Origin: Gemmatimonadota bacterium
GTDB taxonomy: Bacteria > Gemmatimonadota > Gemmatimonadetes > Longimicrobiales > Gaopeijiaceae
Direction: 5' to 3'
Length of the DNA: 64,000 nucleotides
NCBI GenBank assembly: GCA_034521595.1
Contig: JAXHMG010000003.1
Location: 2,816,001-2,880,000, forward strand
Part shown: positions 1 to 7,164 of the stretch, in pieces
How the letters are laid out: each line of letters begins with the position of its first letter
Numbering within the stretch: position 1 is the first letter of the stretch
The notes under the pieces: generated by a model
The model's input: the letters and a program-made list of their open reading frames with translations, nothing else
Told to the model about the DNA's origin: nothing
The model's database searches: none
Translations under genes and position numbers: made by a program

Positions 1-2724
1 TCGGCCGCCGTCCGGCATGGCGTCCCGGGCGTTGACCAACAGGTTCATAAAGACCTGGTGGACCTGGGTGGGATCGCCGCGGAGGGGCCAGAGATCGTCC
101 GGTACCTGCCGGACCAAGGTGATGTTCTTCGGAAAGGTGTCCCGCACGATGCGCTCCATGTCGGCGAGCGTGCGCTCCAGGTCCACGACGAGATCGGCAC
201 GGTCGACGCCCCGGGCGAACCCGAGCACTTGTTGGACCATATCGGCGCCCCGCTGCGCGCTCGATTCGATGGCGAGCAGGGTCTCGGTGAGCCCAGGGTC
301 GTCGATCTCCTCCTTCAGGAGGCCGATGGATAGGAGGATCGGCGCGAGCACGTTGTTCAGGTCGTGGGTGATGCCCCCGGCCAGGGTCCCGATGCTCTCC
401 ATGCGCTGGGCCCGGAGGAACTGCTGGAGGAGCTTCTTCCGCTCCGTGATGTCGGTGTTGATGACCAGGATGCGATACGGCTCACCGTTCTCGTCACGCA
501 CAAGGGACCACCGCCCTTCGACGGTGACGATCGACCCGTCCTTGCGCTTGTGATCGAGCTCTCCCGACCATTCACCCTGTTCCAGCACGGCGGTCGTGGC
601 CTCGTCGAAGCGGACGGGGTCTTCGTAGAGCAAGTCGCGTATAGACCTGCCCCACACCTCATCCGGACTCCACTGATAAAGGCGCTCCGCCCCGGCGTTC
701 CAATACACGACGGAGTGGTCGAGCTCACGCACCAGAATCGCGTCCTGGGCCCGGTCCAAAAGCTCCGCTTGCTCCCGGAGCCGGAGCTCCGCCCGGCGTT
801 CCGCGGTGACGTCCCGGAAGTAGACGGCGAGACCCTCGGAGGACGGGTAGGCCCGGATGTCGAACCACCGGTCGCGGGGTGGACAGAACTGCCGGAACTC
901 GACGCTTCGTGACTCTTCGACAGCTCGCCGGTACTCCACGTCCGCTTTCGTGCCTTTGGCCTCGGGGAAGCGGTCCCAGACCTCTTGGCCGAGCAGCTCG
1001 TCCCGGGAGCGCTCGAGGACGCGCTCGGCCTCGGAGTTCAGGAAGGTGAAGCGCCAGTCACGGTCGAGCATGTAGAAGGCGTCGGTGACGCTCTCGAGGG
1101 TCGTAGCGAAGCGACGTGCCAACGCCTCCGCTTCCCGCCTGAGCTCCATCTGGTCGTGGATATCGATGGCAGAGCCGTACCACTTCACGAGGTTCCCGTC
1201 GCGGTCACGAAAGGGGATGGCCTGCGTGAGATGCCACCGCCAGGCACCGTCGTGGCGACGGATCCGGAACTCCATACGGTAGGTGTCTCCGGTCTCGACG
1301 CTATGGCGCCACGCCTCCGTCGTCCGGGCACGGTCGTCGGGGTGGATGAGCTCCAACCATCCGTCGTCCGCCAGGTACTCTTCCGTGACACCGCTGTATT
1401 CGTGCATGCGCCGGGTCTGGTAGTCGATCCTGCCGTCCGGCTCGGCACTCCACACGACCAGGGGGAGGGACTCGGCTACCTGGCGGAAGCGGCGGTCGCT
1501 CTCCCGTAAAGCTTCCTCGGCTGCCTTGAGGTCCTGTATGTCCTGGAACGCGCCTTGCACGCTCCGGATGACCCCCTGTTCGTCGCGCACGGCTTCCCCG
1601 ATCTCACGCACCCAACGCAGCGCACCATCCCCTCGAACGATCTGGAGGATTTCGTCGAAGGGCTCCCCGTCCGTGGCGCACCGTCGGAAGCGATCCTCGA
1701 TGAGGCCACGCCATTCCGGCGCGTAGAACTCGAAGGCCTCCTCGATGGTCGGCGCGTAGCCGGGCGGCATCCCGTGGAGCAAGGCGACCTCGTCCGACCA
1801 GGCGGTCCGCTCGGGATCCATATCCACACGCCACCCCCCGATGAGGGCCATGCGCCCGATGACCCCCAGCATGCGCTCCCGCTCGGCCAGACGGCCCTCC
1901 ACGGCGCGTCGGTGCGTCACGTCCTGGAAATAAACCGCCAGCCCTTCGGTCGAGGGATACGCGCTCACCGAGAACCAGCGTTCCAGAGGGGGATAGAAGG
2001 CCTCGAAGGTAACGCTGCTGTTGTCCTCGAGGGCCCGGTGGTATTCGGTGTAGAACGGGGAGCCTACCGCCTCGGGGAACTCGTCCCACACGATGTTTCC
2101 CAGGAGCTCTTCCCGCCGGCGCTCGAGCACCCGCTCGGCCTCGGAGTTGAGGAAGGTGAAGCGCCACGCTCCGTCCAGGGTGAAGAAGGCGTCGGTGATG
2201 CTCTCCAGGGTGGTGGAGAGGCGACGGGCGAGGCCTCTCGCCTCCTCGTTGGCGCGCACCTTGCCGGTAGTCTCCGTCACCACCACCAGCACCCCTTCGA
2301 TATCGCCGTCGTCTCCCCTCACCGGGCTGTAGCTGTAGGTCCAGTAGGCATCCTCGAGCCTTCCGTTCCGTTCGATAGGGACCAGTTGGTCCTCGTGCCA
2401 GGTCGCCCGTCCTTCGTGCATGACCTGGTCGACCTGCGGTCCGATGACGTCCCAGATCTCGGTCCAGCAGTCTCGAGCTCGCTGCCCGAGAGCGGCGGGA
2501 TGCCGGCTGTCCTCGCCCAGGCTCGGGCGGTAGGCGTCGTTGTAGATCTGGACGAGCTCCGGCCCCCACAACAGGACCATGGGGTGCCGTGACTCGAGGA
2601 CTGTCCCGACGGTGATCCTGAGGCTCGTAGGCCACTGGTCGGGCGCCCCGAGGGGCGTCGACGCCCAATCGTGGCGGCGGCAGCGGGCGGCCATCTCGCC
2701 GGAGCCGGGGAAGATCTGTTGCAC
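1..2724 (-). CDS. Multi-PAS sensor histidine kinase, 3' end outside the window (about 6 PAS-like domains, HisKA, start of HATPase)
   Basis: Not in the ORF track because it has no stop in the window. Hand translation of the minus strand gives EMAARCRRHDWASTPLGAPDQWP at the N-terminus, repeated PAS units, H-box AQRMESIGTLAGGITHDLNNVL and N-box DPTQVHQVFMNLLVNARDAMP at the window edge. GTG start at 2724 follows an in-frame TAG. Confidence 0.9.
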   Translation of the reverse strand, partial: MQQIFPGSGEMAARCRRHDWASTPLGAPDQWPTSLRITVGTVLESRHPMVLLWGPELVQIYNDAYRPSLGEDSRHPAALGQRARDCWTEIWDVIGPQVDQVMHEGRATWHEDQLVPIERNGRLEDAYWTYSYSPVRGDDGDIEGVLVVVTETTGKVRANEEARGLARRLSTTLESITDAFFTLDGAWRFTFLNSEAERVLERRREELLGNIVWDEFPEAVGSPFYTEYHRALEDNSSVTFEAFYPPLERWFSVSAYPSTEGLAVYFQDVTHRRAVEGRLAERERMLGVIGRMALIGGWRVDMDPERTAWSDEVALLHGMPPGYAPTIEEAFEFYAPEWRGLIEDRFRRCATDGEPFDEILQIVRGDGALRWVREIGEAVRDEQGVIRSVQGAFQDIQDLKAAEEALRESDRRFRQVAESLPLVVWSAEPDGRIDYQTRRMHEYSGVTEEYLADDGWLELIHPDDRARTTEAWRHSVETGDTYRMEFRIRRHDGAWRWHLTQAIPFRDRDGNLVKWYGSAIDIHDQMELRREAEALARRFATTLESVTDAFYMLDRDWRFTFLNSEAERVLERSRDELLGQEVWDRFPEAKGTKADVEYRRAVEESRSVEFRQFCPPRDRWFDIRAYPSSEGLAVYFRDVTAERRAELRLREQAELLDRAQDAILVRELDHSVVYWNAGAERLYQWSPDEVWGRSIRDLLYEDPVRFDEATTAVLEQGEWSGELDHKRKDGSIVTVEGRWSLVRDENGEPYRILVINTDITERKKLLQQFLRAQRMESIGTLAGGITHDLNNVLAPILLSIGLLKEEIDDPGLTETLLAIESSAQRGADMVQQVLGFARGVDRADLVVDLERTLADMERIVRDTFPKNITLVRQVPDDLWPLRGDPTQVHQVFMNLLVNARDAMPDGGR

Positions 2725-2889
2725 GTAGGCACCGGGGTGAGCGTTGGGGAGGGGCTATGCTCCCCTGAGTATTGCTCGTCGTTGGACGAAGGGCAAAGGT
2801 ACCGATGTGCTCGGGGCCCAGGCAGCGCGCATTGCACCACCCGTCAGGGATATCTACCGTGTGCAAAGCCATCCGCCCCCCAGCAGCGT

Positions 2890-3597
2890 TTGACCTTGAC
2901 CCTCTCCGACGCCAAGACCTCGCACCTCGCCCCGGAAGCCCCACACGCGGAGCTTGCCCGGAGCTACCTCGAACACCTCCTGGCGGGACGCCGGACCGAG
3001 GCGGGCGACCTCGTGCTGGACGCCGTCCGCGCGGGAACCCACGTCAAACAGGTCTACCTCCACGTCTTCCAGCCCGTACAGTGGGAGATCGGTCGGCTCT
3101 GGCAGACGGACCGGATCAGCGTGGCGAAAGAGCACTTCTGCACCGCCGCCACCCAGTTGATCATCTCGCAACTCTACCCATGGGTGTTCTCGGGAGTGCG
3201 CGAACGGGGCACCATGGTCGCGACGGCCGTGCCGGGCGAGTTGCACGAGCTGGGCATCCGGATGGTCGCCGACTTCTTCGAGATGGCGGGATGGGAGACG
3301 GCCTACCTCGGCGCGAACGTTCCGGCGGACGGCGTTGCGCAAATGGTCGACGAAAAGGCGGCGGACGTGTTGGCGGTGTCCGCCTCACTCCTCGAGCACG
3401 TCGATGCGGTCCGGGAGGTCGTGGATACCGTGCGGGCGCTCCCGGGGCGCGACGACCTGATCATTCTGGTGGGCGGACACCCCTTCAACGCGGACCCCGA
3501 GCTCTGGCGAAGCCTGGGCGCCAACGGCTACGCCCACGATGCGGAGCAAGCGGTGGCACGGGCCGAGGCGATGGTGCCGGGGCGAGGTGCGTCATGA
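2890..3597 (+). CDS. Stand-alone cobalamin-binding protein (four-helix cap + Rossmann B12 domain, CarH-type, no MerR HTH)
   Basis: W-x9-EH motif (WQTDRISVAKEH), ExHxxG (GELHELG), YLGANVP, LAVSAS, ILVGG. Start uncertain (TTG 2890 chosen within ORF 2671..3597). Confidence 0.88.
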   Translation: MTLTLSDAKTSHLAPEAPHAELARSYLEHLLAGRRTEAGDLVLDAVRAGTHVKQVYLHVFQPVQWEIGRLWQTDRISVAKEHFCTAATQLIISQLYPWVFSGVRERGTMVATAVPGELHELGIRMVADFFEMAGWETAYLGANVPADGVAQMVDEKAADVLAVSASLLEHVDAVREVVDTVRALPGRDDLIILVGGHPFNADPELWRSLGANGYAHDAEQAVARAEAMVPGRGAS

Positions 3598-4517
3598 CGG
3601 ACGACGGTAAGGAAGCACCCGACTCGGACCGGTGGACGGAAGGTCTGATGCGGATCAACAACGAACAGGCGAACGAGCTTCGGGAGACACGCAGGGCTCT
3701 CGAGCGTGGCCGCGCGGGCGAGTCGATGTCGGAGGAGGCGCTATTCGACGAACTCACGCGGGTCAACAACGACTTCGCCAATCTCCAGCGAGAGCTCGTG
3801 CGCGCGAACACCCGTCTCCAACAGCTCAATGAAGAGAAGAACCGCTTCCTGGGGATGGCCGCCCACGACCTCCGGACTCCACTCGGCGTGATTTCGAGCT
3901 ATGCCGAATTCCTCGAGGAGGAGGCGACGGAACGCCTGACCGAGGAGGAGGTCCATTTCGTCCAGTTGATCCGCCGCACGGGTGATTTTCTGCTACGCAT
4001 GGTGAACGAGCTCCTGGACGTGGCGAGCATCGAAGCGGGGCGTCTCGAGCTGCGAGTGGGAGAGTCGGACCTGATGTCCCTGGTGCGGAACACCGTGCGT
4101 TTGATTTCGCCCATCGCCGCGGCGAAGTCCGTGGAGCTGAAGGTGGCGGACACGACCGAGATCGAGCCGTTCTACTTCGACCCGGACCGGGTGGAACAGG
4201 TGCTACACAACCTGCTCGGCAACGCCGTGAAGTTCTCCGAGAAGAATGACGTGGTGAATGTGCGGCTCGATCAGGACGGTGACGACGCCTGGGTGCACGT
4301 CGAGGACGAGGGCGTGGGCATCCCGGAGGATCTCCAGTCGCAACTCTTTCAGCCATTCGGCGGAGCGAGTCGCCCCGGGACGGCCGGCGAGGAAGGCACC
4401 GGGCTCGGACTCGCCATCGTTCGCCGCATCGTGGAGGCCCATGGCGGGGTCGTGCGCGTGAAGAGCCGAGTCGGAGAAGGGACGACGTTCAGCTTTTCGC
4501 TCCCCTTGGTCCGGTGA
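3594..4517 (+). CDS. Cytoplasmic histidine kinase with coiled-coil N-terminus and no sensor domain
   Basis: ATGA overlap with the upstream stop. H-box AAHDLRTPL, N-box NLLGNAVKF, DEGVGI, GTGLGL. Confidence 0.9.
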   Translation: MTDDGKEAPDSDRWTEGLMRINNEQANELRETRRALERGRAGESMSEEALFDELTRVNNDFANLQRELVRANTRLQQLNEEKNRFLGMAAHDLRTPLGVISSYAEFLEEEATERLTEEEVHFVQLIRRTGDFLLRMVNELLDVASIEAGRLELRVGESDLMSLVRNTVRLISPIAAAKSVELKVADTTEIEPFYFDPDRVEQVLHNLLGNAVKFSEKNDVVNVRLDQDGDDAWVHVEDEGVGIPEDLQSQLFQPFGGASRPGTAGEEGTGLGLAIVRRIVEAHGGVVRVKSRVGEGTTFSFSLPLVR

Positions 4518-5185
4518 TCGCGGCGCAAAGGCCCGAAGGGCGGGCCGCACGCATCCTTCTCGTCGACGACGCGCCGGACCGGGTGCTCCTGGTCTCCCGC
4601 ATCCTGAGCGAAGCCGACCACCGGGTGTGGACCGTCGGCTCGGGAGAAGCGGCCCTGGAACGTCTCGACGAGGTCGCACCCGATCTCGTGCTTCTGGATG
4701 TCGTGCTTCCCGGGATGTCCGGGCTGGCCACGTGCCGCCACATCCGGAGCTCGAGAGCGGGCCCCCGAATACGCGTCGTGCTCTTCTCGGGGCTCGCAAT
4801 CACGTCCGAGACGCAGGCCGAAGGGATCGAGGCCGGTGCCGACGGCTACCTCACGTGGCCGTTGTCCCAAAGGGAGCTTCTGGCGCGGGTCGACCTCGCG
4901 TTACGCACGACCCGCACGGATCCAACAGTGCGTCCGGAGACTCCGCCTGATTCCCCCGCGCCCCGACCTCGAACCGCCATCGGCGTCCCCATCCTCACGC
5001 CACGCCAGGAGGAAGTGGTGGCGCTCGTGGCCGCAGGGCGCACATCGGCGGAGATCGCAGCCCTGCTCGACATCGCCCCGGGCACGGTCGAGACGCATCG
5101 CAAGGCCGCCATGCGTCGCATCGGAGCACGGTCGACGGCCGAGCTCGTGCGTTACGCGCTCCTGAACGGCATCGCGCACGTTTGA
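4514..5185 (+). CDS. Response regulator, REC + LuxR-type HTH
   Basis: ILLVDD...LLDVVLPGMSG receiver and LTPRQEEV...IAPGTVETHRK HTH. GTGA overlap with the kinase stop. Confidence 0.9.
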   Translation: MIAAQRPEGRAARILLVDDAPDRVLLVSRILSEADHRVWTVGSGEAALERLDEVAPDLVLLDVVLPGMSGLATCRHIRSSRAGPRIRVVLFSGLAITSETQAEGIEAGADGYLTWPLSQRELLARVDLALRTTRTDPTVRPETPPDSPAPRPRTAIGVPILTPRQEEVVALVAAGRTSAEIAALLDIAPGTVETHRKAAMRRIGARSTAELVRYALLNGIAHV

Positions 5186-5317
5186 CAGAGCTCGGCCGAC
5201 GACCTACCCGTTTCTGGGTATAGAAGGGAGCGGCGGCATCTCGTACCTTCCGGCATGCCCGTCGGCCATGTCCCATCGAGGCACGGCCGCAGCCCCCCAG
5301 GCGAATCAGAGCGAAGC

Positions 5318-5602
5318 GTGACCACACCCACCATCGTCCTCAAGCTTTACGTGGCGGGACAGACGCCGCGAACCCGGGCGGCGCTGGAGAACCTCGAGTG
5401 TGTCTGCAAGGAAGCGCTCGAGGATCAGTGCGAGATTCAGGTTATCGACGTCCTCGAGCACCCACAGCTCGCGGAAGACGAGAAGATCTTGGCCACGCCC
5501 ACCGTGATCCGGGAACTTCCCCCACCTTTGCGGCGGGTCATCGGCGACCTCTCGGAGAAGGAAAAGGTCCTCATCGGACTCGACCTCGTCACGAAGCCAT
5601 AG
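5318..5602 (+). CDS. kaiB: Circadian clock protein KaiB
   Basis: LKLYVAG...IDVLEHPQLAEDEKILATPT...LPPPLRRVIGDLS...VLIGLDL, directly upstream of kaiC. Confidence 0.95.
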   Translation: MTTPTIVLKLYVAGQTPRTRAALENLECVCKEALEDQCEIQVIDVLEHPQLAEDEKILATPTVIRELPPPLRRVIGDLSEKEKVLIGLDLVTKP

Positions 5603-5641
5603 TAAGCCACGGTCGCGCCTCGCCCCCAACCCCAGCGCACA

Positions 5642-7150
5642 ATGCAAGACACCGGTAGCGTCGAGAAGCTACGCACCTTCGTTCCCGGCCTCGACCATGT
5701 GGCTGGAGGGGGCATTCCGGCGGGCCGCACCACGTTGGTGAGCGGCACCGCGGGAAGCGCCAAGAGCACCCTGGCAGCCCAGTTTCTCGCGGGAGGCATC
5801 CGGGAGGCAGGCGAACCGGGAGTCTTCGTGACCTTCGAGGAGCCACCCGCGGACCTCAGGCGTAACCTGATCTCTTTCGGCTGGGACGTGGCGCGCTGGG
5901 AGAACGAGGACCTCTGGGCGTTCGTCGATGCGTCCCCGGAGCCCGAGGACGATGCGGTCGAGGCCGGCTCCTACGACATGGGCGCGCTCCTGGCCAGGAT
6001 CCGGCACGCGGTCGAACGTGTCGGGGCGAAGCGGGTGAGCATCGATTCCATCGGGGCCGTGTTCACCCAGTTCGAAGACAGCGCTACGGTGCGTAGGGAG
6101 TTGTTTCGGATCTCCGCAGCGCTCAAGCGGATGGAGCTCACGGCCATCCTCACGTCCGAGCGCTCCGAGGAGTACGGCTCGATCTCACGCTACGGTGTGG
6201 AGGAGTTCGTCGCCGACAACGTGATCGTCCTCCGCAACGCCCTCGCCCTCGACCGAAGGCGCCGCACGCTCGAGATCCTGAAGTTCCGTGGCACGACGCA
6301 TTACAAGGGTGAGATCCCGTTCACGGTCGTCGGAGAGAGAGGCGTCGTCGTGATCCCGCTCTCCGCCCTCGAGCTCACCCACCGCTCGACGTCGACCCGG
6401 ACTCCATCCGGCAGTCCAGACCTGGACACGATGTGCGGCGGCGGGTTTTTCCGTGACTCGATGATCCTGGTGTCGGGCGCGACCGGGACGGGAAAGACAC
6501 TGCTCGCGACTGAGTTCATCGAGGGTGGCGTGGAGGAGGACGAGCGCTGCCTACTGTTCGGATTCGAGGAGAGCCCGGACCAACTCCGGAGGAACGCCTC
6601 CGGGTGGGGCGTCGATTTCGCGAGCATGGAGCAGGACGGGCTCCTGCGCCTCGAGTGCCGTTATCCGGAGACCGCCGGACTGGAGGACCATCTGATCGCC
6701 ATTCGCGAGGCCGTGGAAGACTTCAAGCCCGCGCGCGTCGCCGTGGACAGCCTGTCCGCGCTCGAGCGTGTCTCGACGGAGCGCGCGTTCCGCGAGTTCA
6801 TCATCGCCCTGACGTCCTTCCTGAAGAGCCAGAACGTGACGGGATTGTTCACCGCGACCTCCCCTAATCTGCTCGGGGGATCGTCGGTGACCGAAGCCCA
6901 CATCTCGACCATCACCGACTCCATCATCCTGCTCCGCTACGTCGAGTCGTACGGTGCGATCAAGAGGGGGCTGGCCGTGCTCAAGATGCGCGGCTCGCCT
7001 CACGACCATAATATACGTGAATTCATGATCGACGGAGCAGGCATGCACATCGGAGACTCGTTCCAGCACGTGACCGGCCTTCTGGCCGGCCACCCCGAAT
7101 ACGGGGCCCCGAACGACTCCGGAGCGCCGGGGCCCCGCCCAACCTCGTGA
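5642..7150 (+). CDS. kaiC: Circadian clock protein KaiC (double RecA-like ATPase)
   Basis: Two P-loops (GTAGSAKS, GATGTGKT), TFEE and FEES catalytic glutamates, HISTITD phosphosite motif, KMRG. Confidence 0.95.
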   Translation: MQDTGSVEKLRTFVPGLDHVAGGGIPAGRTTLVSGTAGSAKSTLAAQFLAGGIREAGEPGVFVTFEEPPADLRRNLISFGWDVARWENEDLWAFVDASPEPEDDAVEAGSYDMGALLARIRHAVERVGAKRVSIDSIGAVFTQFEDSATVRRELFRISAALKRMELTAILTSERSEEYGSISRYGVEEFVADNVIVLRNALALDRRRRTLEILKFRGTTHYKGEIPFTVVGERGVVVIPLSALELTHRSTSTRTPSGSPDLDTMCGGGFFRDSMILVSGATGTGKTLLATEFIEGGVEEDERCLLFGFEESPDQLRRNASGWGVDFASMEQDGLLRLECRYPETAGLEDHLIAIREAVEDFKPARVAVDSLSALERVSTERAFREFIIALTSFLKSQNVTGLFTATSPNLLGGSSVTEAHISTITDSIILLRYVESYGAIKRGLAVLKMRGSPHDHNIREFMIDGAGMHIGDSFQHVTGLLAGHPEYGAPNDSGAPGPRPTS

Positions 7151-7164
7151 GATAGACGATACTC

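Noticed and set aside
17-2592. Several plus-strand ORFs (for example 1555..2592)
   Set aside because: Antisense shadows of the minus-strand PAS kinase, as expected in high-GC DNA.
4514-5185. Regulator upstream of kaiB as a KaiA3-like protein
   Set aside because: Its C-terminal domain is a canonical LuxR HTH, and I see no KaiA-like motif.
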